Of a stretch of DNA of 64,000 nt, positions 20,330 to 29,520 are shown in pieces; positions within the stretch are counted from its first letter, which is position 1, and each line of letters starts with the position of its first letter. The notes beneath the pieces are model-generated. The model saw nothing but the letters and a program-made list of their open reading frames with translations, was not told the origin of the DNA and did no database searches. This DNA is from Armatimonadota bacterium (GTDB taxonomy: Bacteria; Armatimonadota; HRBIN16). The DNA lies in the NCBI GenBank assembly GCA_963677485.1, contig OY781964.1, positions 2,144,001 to 2,208,000 of the forward strand, given 5' to 3'. Position numbers and translations under genes: made by a program.

Positions 20330-21265
20330 ATGCGTTGTAACCAGGCTATCATGTCGGCGTTTCTGGCTCACCCCCGCTATCGCAGCTATATCACATCACG
20401 TGACCTGCTGCATACGGCCGGTGCCGAGGCCGCACGGTTCGCGTCACCTGAAACGGCGCGGGCGATCATCGGGCTGCACACAAGCGACCTGGTGGCCAAT
20501 CAGCTTAAGTCCGGGCTGTGGAAGCAGAATTCGCGGGGCAAGAAACCGCACCAGTATGCTGTTTCGGTAGGCATACTCTGCGCCATCGAACGGGCTGGGA
20601 TGCTGACTGAGATCGGCTCCGAGATTTTACCCCTGCGTTACGATCCATACCGCCCATTTTCTGAGCTCGAAGACCGCCATGGTGTGCTGGTAAGGCGCAT
20701 GTTCGGCCGTTCTCGCCCTGAAGATTCCGCCCTTGCCCGTCGACTGAACCACCAGATCACTGACAACCAGGCATCGGATGGGAGCTGGGGCGGTACGATT
20801 GTGGAAACTGCATACGCCATCGAGCATCTACTGGAACTGGGTGACGCACCCGACTCGAGTGCTATTAAACGGGGAACAAGCTGGCTGTTGGCTCAGTATC
20901 GTGACACTGTGGAGCGGCAGGGCATTTATGTGCCGAGTCTGTTTTCGAGCGGTGATGGCGGCTCTGAACTCGCCAGTGCTCAACGAGTGATACCGGAGGC
21001 CATACCTGTGTTTGCCTGTTATGGGGTGCTGCCGTTGATCCCCACCGGTCTGGCACTGCGTGTGCTTGTGGCCACAGGATACGGCGATGATGAACGCGTG
21101 ATCGCCTCGTTTGAATCACTGCGGAAAATGGCGATACCGGTCGACGCTGCGGCAGGTTCGGGCATCAAAGGCTGGTGCTCGCATACCTGCAGGGATCTCC
21201 TGCTGGGTGCCAAGAAGGCCGATCACCAACACCGCAGGCGGTTAGCCACGCTGCCGCGGGTTTAG
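20330..21265 (+). CDS. Hypothetical protein with prenyltransferase/squalene-cyclase-like repeat
   Basis: QASDGSWG and GTSWLLAQ resemble QW repeats; GGAGG RBS; the last codons and stop lie inside the downstream repeat. Confidence 0.55.
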   Translation: MRCNQAIMSAFLAHPRYRSYITSRDLLHTAGAEAARFASPETARAIIGLHTSDLVANQLKSGLWKQNSRGKKPHQYAVSVGILCAIERAGMLTEIGSEILPLRYDPYRPFSELEDRHGVLVRRMFGRSRPEDSALARRLNHQITDNQASDGSWGGTIVETAYAIEHLLELGDAPDSSAIKRGTSWLLAQYRDTVERQGIYVPSLFSSGDGGSELASAQRVIPEAIPVFACYGVLPLIPTGLALRVLVATGYGDDERVIASFESLRKMAIPVDAAAGSGIKGWCSHTCRDLLLGAKKADHQHRRRLATLPRV

Positions 21266-21499
21266 TCACCCCACGAATGGGGTTCCCTCACCGCGCGTCT
21301 AGGCATTTGCAGCCCGCAAGCGGGCGCAGGATGCACTCCGCCCGCGAGGCGTAGGGGCGAACGGCGTTCGCCCTGGGGCCACCGAACCCGTCGACACGGG
21401 GCTGATCGCACACATCGCAGGTTACTCGTCAACGCTGCCGCGGGTTTAGGCATTTGCAGCCCGCAAGCGGGCGCAGGGTGCCTCCCGCCAGCGAGGCGT
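21244..21499. repeat. Tandem copies of the composite repeat; the second is interrupted by IS110
   Basis: ACGCTGCCGCGGGTTTAG...GCCCGCAAGCGGGCGCAGG...GCGAGGCGTAG occurs twice; only the first continues into GGGCGAACGGCGTTCGCCC. Confidence 0.85.
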
Positions 21500-21514
21500 A
21501 GATACTGTGGCTTT

Positions 21515-21520
21515 TGTCAA
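21515..21520 (-). promoter_or_regulatory. -35 half of the IS110 circle-junction promoter
   Basis: TTGACA near the right end; after circularisation it lies exactly 17 nt from TACGCT (23309-23304). Confidence 0.8.
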
Positions 21521-21772
21521 GTCCCCAGGGGCAAATCTGGGGATTTGGACCTGAATATCAGACACTGGCTCTAGACCACGTAGAATAACGTTAATGTGAT
21601 GTTTGTGGCATATAGACCAAACCTGGATCCGCGACAGAAACAGGCTCAGATGGCATCAGTTGGTCCGTAGCACCTCACATGACGCTCGGAGTCGCGAACG
21701 GACGTGCGACATCTTCGTGGCTTCGAAAGATATCGTTATGCTTCGATGCGTGCTATCGGCAGACTGCCGCAG

Positions 21773-23065
21773 CTAGGATACTGGTGTCAGAACCCTCGGT
21801 TTGTTGCCCACCCGACTGCGCGATGGCCGGTTTCGGGATGCGGGCCGACCACCGCCGGCAGGAGTGGGCTCATTGGTGGGATTTCCATCCACGCATCCCC
21901 GTCTTGGAACGCTCACGTCCAGCCCAGGATCATTGCCTACACCGGCTATATCATGGGCCGCTCCGGCACGATCCTGGACATGTCCGTTCGCGTCGGTCAG
22001 CGGTTGCTGGTTGGCCGCATTTGAAGCTTGTTCGATGCCGAAGTTTGGATCATATGGCTGACGGCTGATTAATACCGACCACATGAGCACCAGCTGCTTG
22101 CGCATGATTGCGCGCCGGACAACTCGCTTGGACTTCGGTTTCTTATTGGGATTCTTTACCAAATTCGGATGCTGCAGTTCCTTCACGAAGTCGTGCATGC
22201 TCTGGCCAAGCTTTTTCGACTTACCGTTGACCATCTTCACCACAGTGCTCGATCCACAGTAGAGTAATGTCCGCATATATCGGTCACCCATCTTGGATAT
22301 GGAGCCGTCGTATGTCTTGCAGCTTCCTGACCGTTGCGGGCAGGGGTTCATTCCGAAATAGCGCGCGACCGCTTTCGATGTTTCAAATCGTTTAGCATCA
22401 CCGATTTTCGCAAGGAAATAGCTTGCTGTGACGTCGCCGATACCCGGAATGCTCTTCAGCAGAGCCATATCTTCGGTCATCTGCGGTGAACTCATCACAA
22501 GCTCTTTGATCTGAACATCAAGCTTTTTGATGCCCATGTCATGAAAAGCGATCATCTCGTCCAGCACTGTGCTCCGCGTAAGCCGACAGCTTTGGCGCTG
22601 GGCGATCGCCTGTCTGTGTTGCACCAGCATACGGCGGTCATTGGTGTAACCAATAAGCGCATCATAGCATGCTAGACGAGGGACATAGAGTGAGACATTG
22701 TGACTTTTCACATAGTCAGCGATTAGCACGCTGTCAGAGCAGTCCGTCTTTTGTTCCCAGCCTTTGGCTTTGCGGTGATAGAGAACCCGTTTTGGCTCCA
22801 GTTGGACAGCATCGTGCTGGTGCTCGTAGAGGTAATCAAGCAGCGGTCGGCTGTAAGGCCCGGTGGCTTCAGCCGCATACAAGGCGGGAGTTCGGGTAAG
22901 CTTCTTCACCCATGACAACAACTCCTTGTATCCGGCCTTGTTGTTCTTGAACTCCTTATGGTCTATCGGCTTGTGCGATGAACCTAATACAGACGCGTCA
23001 AACGTCAATTTCGAGATGTCGATCCCGACATAATGGATGTAGATTTTGTCTTCAACTTCGTGCAT
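21773..23065 (-). CDS. IS110-family DEDD recombinase/transposase
   Basis: VGIDISK, AEATG, KTDCSDS (D-E-D-D), SIPGIG, QRSG (catalytic Ser region), ISKMGDRYMRTLLY; ATG 23065 with GGAGA RBS. Confidence 0.95.
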   Translation of the reverse strand: MHEVEDKIYIHYVGIDISKLTFDASVLGSSHKPIDHKEFKNNKAGYKELLSWVKKLTRTPALYAAEATGPYSRPLLDYLYEHQHDAVQLEPKRVLYHRKAKGWEQKTDCSDSVLIADYVKSHNVSLYVPRLACYDALIGYTNDRRMLVQHRQAIAQRQSCRLTRSTVLDEMIAFHDMGIKKLDVQIKELVMSSPQMTEDMALLKSIPGIGDVTASYFLAKIGDAKRFETSKAVARYFGMNPCPQRSGSCKTYDGSISKMGDRYMRTLLYCGSSTVVKMVNGKSKKLGQSMHDFVKELQHPNLVKNPNKKPKSKRVVRRAIMRKQLVLMWSVLISRQPYDPNFGIEQASNAANQQPLTDANGHVQDRAGAAHDIAGVGNDPGLDVSVPRRGCVDGNPTNEPTPAGGGRPASRNRPSRSRVGNKPRVLTPVS

Positions 23066-23099
23066 GTGGTAATCTCCAGTTGGTAGTGATTGATGGTGC

Positions 23100-23297
23100 A
23101 ATCAACCAAATCAGCCTAGCGAACACGGGGTTTTCTCCCAAGATACTGTTCGATATGGGTTGATTGGGAGAAGGATGCCTATCTACGTCACGGTGTTTTC
23201 CACCAGGGGCGGTTCCGGCATCCAATCCTTCTCCTTCACCCCCAGCTAAGGGGTGAGATTAGCTCCCCGACTGCTTTTGGTGTCCGGGGAGCTCACC
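23100..23297 (-). ncRNA. Predicted IS110 bridge RNA
   Basis: Two 5' hairpins, then a target loop with ACCGCCCCT (23213-23205) and ACGTAG (23188-23183), and a donor loop with ACAGTATCT (23149-23141) and CGCTAG (23121-23116). Each loop is closed by a stem and split by a small hairpin. RNA ends are estimated. Confidence 0.88.
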
Positions 23298-23310
23298 ATA
23301 TATAGCGTAC

Positions 23311-23460
23311 TAGGGGCGTTTCGCGAAACGCCCTTCGTGCGTCACAACCGGCCAACTGTCTCGGATGAGATCATAAAAACCCTCGCGATGGGGGCGTACC
23401 ACGGTGGATGGTGTGGCCGTTCCGCCTGCGAGAAGGGCGATTCGCGAATCGCCCCTACGT
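23311..23460. repeat. Inverted pair of GTAGGGGCG-type REP-like palindromes
   Basis: TAGGGGCGTTTCGCGAAACGCCCT (23311-23334) and AGGGCGATTCGCGAATCGCCCCTAC (23434-23458). Confidence 0.8.
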
Positions 23461-23501
23461 ACGCGCACACCGCAGCCGGCGTTCCCCTCCGGTCGCGCGG
23501 C

Positions 23502-25976
23502 CTACCGCTTGAGCATCACGCTGGTCATGGACGCGGGCTCCATGGGAACCGTCACGTTACCGATCCGCTTCATCACCGCCTTGTCGTTGTGGTTATACAC
23601 AATCACCTCTTTGGAGGGCAGCAGCGTGCAATACACACCGTCAAAGGCGGTATCCACCTCGACGGCGTTCTTCAGATGCTTGTCCAGCGAGGACAGATGG
23701 TAGACCACGTCGCGAAGCAGCTCGTAGTATCCCAGCTTGGCTTCCCACATGCCGCAATAGTAGATGCTGTAGCCCTTGCCCAGGGGATTAGCCCAGATCG
23801 CGTTGCCCTCATCGGTCTTGGCTAGCGGAATTACTGTGCTGGCTAACCCGGTCACCGTGCGGTCGACGGTAGTGTTGTGCGCATACTGCAGCAGCGGGGA
23901 GTTGCCCACCGCCTTCCCACCCTTCACCACGGTCAGCTCCTTGGAGAATCCAAACAACTCATACCATTTTGAGAAGTCACCATCGATAGTGGCCATGGGC
24001 CCAAAGTCGCAGGAAACCACCACACCGCCCGCCTTCACCCATTCGGTCAACCGCTGCATAGTCGTGTCATCCACCAGGTTCCCTTCGAACAGCACCAGCA
24101 CGCGGTAGCCCTTCAGCGCACCATCGTTGATCAGGTTGTCATCAAGGATGTCGTAGTCGATGACGTCGCGGATGGCGGATGCACCGTCCACAAGCATGGC
24201 GGGCATAGTGGCCTCAGGATGGAGCAGGAGGTCTGTGGTCGGCCAGAACACCGCCACATCCACCACGGGGTGTTCCTGCGTGAGGTAGGCTTTGTATTTG
24301 CGGAACACATCCGGCGATCCGGTGGGGTTGGCACCCCAATCCCAGAAGCCATATGCGCCGCTGGAGATCGACTCAAAGATGCGGCCCACTTCACCATTGG
24401 CGGTGATGCTGCCTGGCGGTTCGGTCCAGAATGGCACTTTGTAGTATTTGCACGATGTGGCCAGAAGGCGCATCATCGTGGCGTAGTTCTGCGGCATTGG
24501 CAGGTATCCGCCGTGGGTTGAGCGAATATGGGTGTTATACTTTTTGGCGATCTTGGCATATTTGGTATGCTCCATGCCAAGCTTTACGTTGACATCGCCG
24601 CCGCCCACCGGGATCTCCAACAGCGACTTCGGGAAGTACTTCCGTGCCATGCTGGCCACGTCCTCGGTGAGCCGGGTCATAGATCCGTTATACCAGTTGA
24701 TGAAGTCCAGCCAGCGATGGCGTGAGGCTGGGCTATCGATCTTAGGCACCGGCAGCGGGTAACTGAGCTCCATGAAGTATTGGTACTGTGTGCCCCAGGC
24801 TCGGTTCAGGGCGTCGATGGTGGTGTATTTGGCCTGCATCTTCATTCGGAAGTCGTGTTTGGCATATTTATCGCCGCACCACCAGTCATCATGACCGGCA
24901 CCATCGACACCAAACCTCGGGATCTCGCTGGGATGCATACCTAGCGGGTAGATGGTCTCGCCGAAGTCGCCGTGGACGCCTAGATAGATCGCCTTCATCT
25001 TGTCGTTGCCAGAGCCGTAATGGGCTGCCATCGCCTTATAACCGTCGTCCATCATACCCACAAGGTAGGGGCTCCAGACCGACATCGCGCCGATCTCTCT
25101 GCCGTGCGTGATACAGGTAGAGGGCACAAACTTGCTGGTCTTCTTCTGCCACTCGTTCGCCCAGTGCAGGTGCGGGAAATACTGCCAGTCCACGCCTATC
25201 TGTCTGCATCGGTCCAGTTCCGCATCGGTCACGCTCCAGTCCCACACGCCGGGTTCCGTCTGGTTCGTGGCAAGGTGGTCGGAGTCGGTCTGGAACATGG
25301 TGAAGCCGATGCTCTTCGCCTTTCGCATCTCGCGGAAGCTCATGATGCTGGTGCCTTGCGCTATGGGCTTGCCTGTCTTGCCTGCTCTCTTTACGGGCAC
25401 TACCACGACGGCGGCCCGTTTGGTCAGTTTGGGCACATCGGCCTGTGTCACCAAGCCGTCAGGGGTGATCTCTTCATCGGTGATCAGCAGCGCGTCGACG
25501 TAAGTCAGGTAAGCCTTCTCGTTGTTCTTGCGCCGCTCATTCACCATGATCGTGATGGTGTGCTGACCTGCGGAGAGTTTCTGCAGTCCCAGACGCTGCC
25601 AGGCCATGGCATTCGACACCCCGAATATCGTGCTGTCCTCACCATCCATGTCGTCCGAGACATGGTGGTAGGCACCACCGTCCACCCGCCACCAGAAGTT
25701 GGAGGTGCCGCCTGGCATGGCGATGGCAGTCAAGAGGTGGTAACTGCCCGCCTTTTTGACACTGAACTTCCAGTTCGCGGCGTAGCCCTCTTTTCCGGGG
25801 TCGGTATTCATCCACAGCCGCAGCACCTGATCGCCACTGACAACCCCCGGGAAGCGCTCCACCCCCTCGAAGTTTCGAGAGCTGGTGTTTTCGCCTTCAA
25901 TAAAGATGCGTTCCGCATGACAAGCAAGAGGCATCGTCAGCATCAGCCCTAACGCGAGTGCCCAAATATACTTCAT
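23502..25976 (-). CDS. Secreted glycoside hydrolase, GH42/GH14-like TIM barrel with trimerisation-like domain
   Basis: Signal peptide; PGVWDWS, GDFGET, KYTTIDALNRAWGT, RWLDF, WTEP, L.GYRVLVL....WVKAGG. Confidence 0.65.
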   Translation of the reverse strand: MKYIWALALGLMLTMPLACHAERIFIEGENTSSRNFEGVERFPGVVSGDQVLRLWMNTDPGKEGYAANWKFSVKKAGSYHLLTAIAMPGGTSNFWWRVDGGAYHHVSDDMDGEDSTIFGVSNAMAWQRLGLQKLSAGQHTITIMVNERRKNNEKAYLTYVDALLITDEEITPDGLVTQADVPKLTKRAAVVVVPVKRAGKTGKPIAQGTSIMSFREMRKAKSIGFTMFQTDSDHLATNQTEPGVWDWSVTDAELDRCRQIGVDWQYFPHLHWANEWQKKTSKFVPSTCITHGREIGAMSVWSPYLVGMMDDGYKAMAAHYGSGNDKMKAIYLGVHGDFGETIYPLGMHPSEIPRFGVDGAGHDDWWCGDKYAKHDFRMKMQAKYTTIDALNRAWGTQYQYFMELSYPLPVPKIDSPASRHRWLDFINWYNGSMTRLTEDVASMARKYFPKSLLEIPVGGGDVNVKLGMEHTKYAKIAKKYNTHIRSTHGGYLPMPQNYATMMRLLATSCKYYKVPFWTEPPGSITANGEVGRIFESISSGAYGFWDWGANPTGSPDVFRKYKAYLTQEHPVVDVAVFWPTTDLLLHPEATMPAMLVDGASAIRDVIDYDILDDNLINDGALKGYRVLVLFEGNLVDDTTMQRLTEWVKAGGVVVSCDFGPMATIDGDFSKWYELFGFSKELTVVKGGKAVGNSPLLQYAHNTTVDRTVTGLASTVIPLAKTDEGNAIWANPLGKGYSIYYCGMWEAKLGYYELLRDVVYHLSSLDKHLKNAVEVDTAFDGVYCTLLPSKEVIVYNHNDKAVMKRIGNVTVPMEPASMTSVMLKR

Positions 25977-28900
25977 TTACTTCCCTTTCATCAACTGTTC
26001 GATGGCTTGAGCCACCTTCTCGCGCTGCTGTTTGATCGGGTCTGGGTTGTTGGTATAGCTGGTGAGCGACTGACTGATACTCTCCGGCACCTTCAGCAAA
26101 GCCTCGTATTCGGCTCTCTTCTTGGCAGCTAGTCCGGGGCCTTTTTCGGCCAATAGATGCTTCAGAATGGTCAGATATTCGTAATCCTCCACGCCATCGC
26201 GCAGCATCTCCCAACGGATACTGGGCACAGGGTCGTCCATCACAGACTCGGACTGTATGCCAGTGGCGCTCTCCGGCGGGTAGAAGAAGCGGCCGTCGCC
26301 GGCTTTCCAGCGGAGCTTTGTTCCGGACGGAGTGCCGTAGCCGCTGACCCAGCTCATAGAATCTTGCCAGGGGTTCTGCGGCCCGTCGGGATATGCGGTG
26401 AAACTCGTCCAGTAGCTGCTCTCCCACACGAGGATGCCATCCACGCCGTTCTGCCAGCTCTGCCACAGCCAGACCCGAAGGTCGGTGCCGGGGCGGTCGA
26501 TAAACTCGGCCACGTATGGCGCGGTTGGACCGCAGCAGATGTACCAGTTGTATCGGTCACCGGCAGCCTGCCTGGCCGAGGAGAACTTGGAACTGTGCGA
26601 GTTCAGGATGGGGCACCACTGGTCGATGTAACCCACAAACGCATCGGCAGCACCCAGATTCATCGGCACCATGCGATGCAGGTTCGGGAAGTATTGCTTC
26701 AGCAGCTTCAGTTGGTCGACCACAAACTGGTAGTCCTTCTCAGCAGGCTCATCGAAGGGGTAGACGTAGCCCTTATCGAGAATGCCCAGCCGCTCCAACC
26801 GCTCAGAGGCACCCTGGCACCAGGCTGAGAACAACGCATCATGCTCGGGAGTGCCCACCGGATAACCCAGGATGTTGCCGCCCACCTGCTCGTAGAAAGT
26901 GCCGGTGCCCAGTCCAGGCACACCGAAATTGAAACTGTTGAAGTGGTATTTGGCCATCGCCAGTTTCATGGCGGACTCCCACTTCGCGGTGTCCCACTCC
27001 ACCTTCGCGCTACGTTCGGTGGGGATGGCTCCCTCGAAGCCGTCGCGCAGCACCTGCTGGCCGTGGCTGACTATGGTGAGGTCGTCGATCTGCAACTCGC
27101 CATCTTTGGTGTCCGGCAGCTCAAACCGAGGGCGCACGTAGCCAGTTCCCGCGGTGAAGGTGCTGGTATCAAGACTGTATTCGCGCCATTCGGTGCTGAC
27201 GGGCAGGCTAACGCTCTGTTCTGGCATGGGTTTCATAACCATATCCCACAGCTCTATGTGGAGCTTGGCAGGGCTGTTGCCCTTCACATTTCGATACCAG
27301 AAGCTCAGTTTGCTATTCGAGCTCTGATGGAATTCCACAGGATCAGCGTACTGAGCGGTCAGCTGCGCCTGCACGCTGAGGCACTGCTTGCCGGGATATG
27401 CGCCGACTGTGGCGAATCGGCCGCCCGGCCACTTGTGACCCATCGCAAAGCGGTATTTGAACTCCTCCATGGGTGCCGGGTTGTATGGCGAAATTCGATG
27501 GCTGGCAAACATCTTGAGATACTTGTCCATCATCTCGGCCTTCTGGGCTTCGTCTTTCAGGTTATGATACTGATATACCATTCCCGGGCTGAAGCCGAAC
27601 ATGCTGCGCACGCTGCTTTCGTCCGGCAGACTGAAGCCGTAGACCTGCACGCTGATGGGCACTTTCGCAGAATATCCATCGGCCTTCAGCTTGATCTCCG
27701 CCTTGTAGATGCCCGCCGGGGTGTCCTTTGGCGCGGTGACACAGAGCCATATCGGTAGGTTTTCGCCCGCGGGTAGGTTCAACCCAGCGGGCAGCAGCGG
27801 CAGAGGGTCGGGCCAGTTGCCCACCTGACCGATGGGGTCGGAGGCCGTTTCTACAAACAAATAGCGTACCTGACGGAGCTGCACAGCCTCTTTGGGCAAC
27901 TGCTGCCCATTGGCACCGGTGAGGGTGCCGATGCTGACATTCAGTCCGCGTAGCTCCTTCTCAGGACGCAGCACGAGCTGCACTGCCTCGCTCTCGTTAC
28001 CGGCCAGCGAGAGGCTTATTTGTGCGCTCTTGTCCGTGGGTGCCGGGCGGGTCTGGCTCACCTTCCAGCCGCTATCAGCCCACCACAAGGCCACTGTGCT
28101 ATCTGGGCTTGGCAGGCTTTTGCCGTAGGATTGAGCGTTCAAGATGGATACCGGGTAGTCGGTGCTCAATGCGGGCATCGTAGCATCACCCAAGCTGAGC
28201 GTCAAGCGGTTCATGCCGACCGGCATCGCCGGATATGCGGCTTTCAGTGTGCTGTTTTCGCCCGGTTTTATTGTGAGTTTCGTCAGACGCCTGATAATCG
28301 ATTGGCCGGTATCTGTGGTCACTGAAATAGATGGATTGAGGCTGACACTCTTCGCACCCGTGTTCTTGATATTGATCGTCGCCTGGTTATGGTCATCAAC
28401 TCCGGGCACAGGTGATATCACCAGATCCGCATGCGGATGTTGCACCGCCCAGTAGGTTGTGCTACCCACCAGCTTCGGGAAGCTCTTGTCTGTTTTGGCC
28501 TTTAATGTGTATTGCGTCAGGGCAAACCAGCCGGGTGTTGTGTTATCGCTGCTGTCGATGCTCATGCGTATGTGCAGTTTGTCAGCTGGAAGCATGGTGG
28601 GAGGGATATCGATGCTCGCACTCGTAGTATTACTTCCCACACGGCCTATATCAATGAAGTGAGTGCCGTCGACGCTGGCCTCGACTTTGAGTTTCCATGT
28701 AGTCGGTTGGTGAAACAGGCAGTCGATCGCTATCGCAGCCTGCGTAAAGCGAACGCCATCTAGCTCATGTTGGTATTCCACAAAGGAGTCTTGGTTCATG
28801 AACCAGCGGTTCTCATGGAACTGCGTGTTGTGCGCCTTGAACGCACGGTCGATGGGTGCATCCGCGCTGTAGTCTGGCTTGAACTCATACTGGTTACCCT

Positions 28901-29438
28901 CAAGGCTTTCACCGCGTCCAAGCATCACTCCTTGTTGGATGAGGTGCTGCCGAACGACGGGCAATATCTCGATATCATCGAAGTCGATGTTGCAGTTTGC
29001 TTCCCAATGACGCAGCCGGATTGAGCTTTTCACATCCGGTGTGCCTACACCAGTCACCAGCCTGAATGTGTATGGACGCCATCGGCTATCAGCTTGCACA
29101 GGGAAGATATCAGTGCTGAAGTCAGACTCGACCACAATCGAGCCTTGTCCGGTGCCTTTGGCTGGTCGGCAGCGTGCTGAAAAGCGGAGTTCATAAACTT
29201 CGTTCGCTTTAAAGCTGACGGGGTCGCTTCTCCACTCCGCCTCGGCTGGTGCCGATATGCTGACGTAGCGTGCTCCAGTGGCCCCGCCGTCTTTCAGGTA
29301 CGCGCCTGGACCGGTCAGGTGCCAGCCAGTGGGTGCTGTGCTGCCCTGCTCGAAACCGCCGTTGACCAGTGGGACGGCCTGTCCGCTTCCTGTGATTATT
29401 ATGCTCATGAGTGCAACCAATACCCCGCAAAACCGCAT
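25977..29438 (-). CDS. Secreted DUF4091/GH123-like glycoside hydrolase with CBM-like modules
   Basis: Signal peptide; NGGFE CBM-like start; NESEAVQLVL, WPDPL, YPFDEP, WYIC, SIRWEMLRDGVEDYEYL. Confidence 0.75.
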   Translation of the reverse strand: MRFCGVLVALMSIIITGSGQAVPLVNGGFEQGSTAPTGWHLTGPGAYLKDGGATGARYVSISAPAEAEWRSDPVSFKANEVYELRFSARCRPAKGTGQGSIVVESDFSTDIFPVQADSRWRPYTFRLVTGVGTPDVKSSIRLRHWEANCNIDFDDIEILPVVRQHLIQQGVMLGRGESLEGNQYEFKPDYSADAPIDRAFKAHNTQFHENRWFMNQDSFVEYQHELDGVRFTQAAIAIDCLFHQPTTWKLKVEASVDGTHFIDIGRVGSNTTSASIDIPPTMLPADKLHIRMSIDSSDNTTPGWFALTQYTLKAKTDKSFPKLVGSTTYWAVQHPHADLVISPVPGVDDHNQATINIKNTGAKSVSLNPSISVTTDTGQSIIRRLTKLTIKPGENSTLKAAYPAMPVGMNRLTLSLGDATMPALSTDYPVSILNAQSYGKSLPSPDSTVALWWADSGWKVSQTRPAPTDKSAQISLSLAGNESEAVQLVLRPEKELRGLNVSIGTLTGANGQQLPKEAVQLRQVRYLFVETASDPIGQVGNWPDPLPLLPAGLNLPAGENLPIWLCVTAPKDTPAGIYKAEIKLKADGYSAKVPISVQVYGFSLPDESSVRSMFGFSPGMVYQYHNLKDEAQKAEMMDKYLKMFASHRISPYNPAPMEEFKYRFAMGHKWPGGRFATVGAYPGKQCLSVQAQLTAQYADPVEFHQSSNSKLSFWYRNVKGNSPAKLHIELWDMVMKPMPEQSVSLPVSTEWREYSLDTSTFTAGTGYVRPRFELPDTKDGELQIDDLTIVSHGQQVLRDGFEGAIPTERSAKVEWDTAKWESAMKLAMAKYHFNSFNFGVPGLGTGTFYEQVGGNILGYPVGTPEHDALFSAWCQGASERLERLGILDKGYVYPFDEPAEKDYQFVVDQLKLLKQYFPNLHRMVPMNLGAADAFVGYIDQWCPILNSHSSKFSSARQAAGDRYNWYICCGPTAPYVAEFIDRPGTDLRVWLWQSWQNGVDGILVWESSYWTSFTAYPDGPQNPWQDSMSWVSGYGTPSGTKLRWKAGDGRFFYPPESATGIQSESVMDDPVPSIRWEMLRDGVEDYEYLTILKHLLAEKGPGLAAKKRAEYEALLKVPESISQSLTSYTNNPDPIKQQREKVAQAIEQLMKGK

Positions 29439-29520
29439 CTGTATTCTCCTTAAGCCTAAAGGCTACAACGTTAGGTTAGTCGTGCGTTTGCATAATCCTG
29501 CATTCGGGGGGAGAGAGATT

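Larger units (their letters stand above)
21500..23313 (-). mobile_element. Complete IS110-family (IS621-like) insertion sequence
   Basis: Minus-strand junctions AACGCCC-CT-AGTAC and ACAGTAT-CT-ACGCC; CT core at 23312-23313 and 21500-21501; removing the element restores GCGTAGGGGCGTTTCGCGAAACGCCC. Confidence 0.93.

Noticed and set aside
20163-21330. Integron attC sites flanking a cassette
   Set aside because: No RYYYAAC...GTTRRRY paired ends and no integron integrase in the window; kept only as an unexplained direct repeat.
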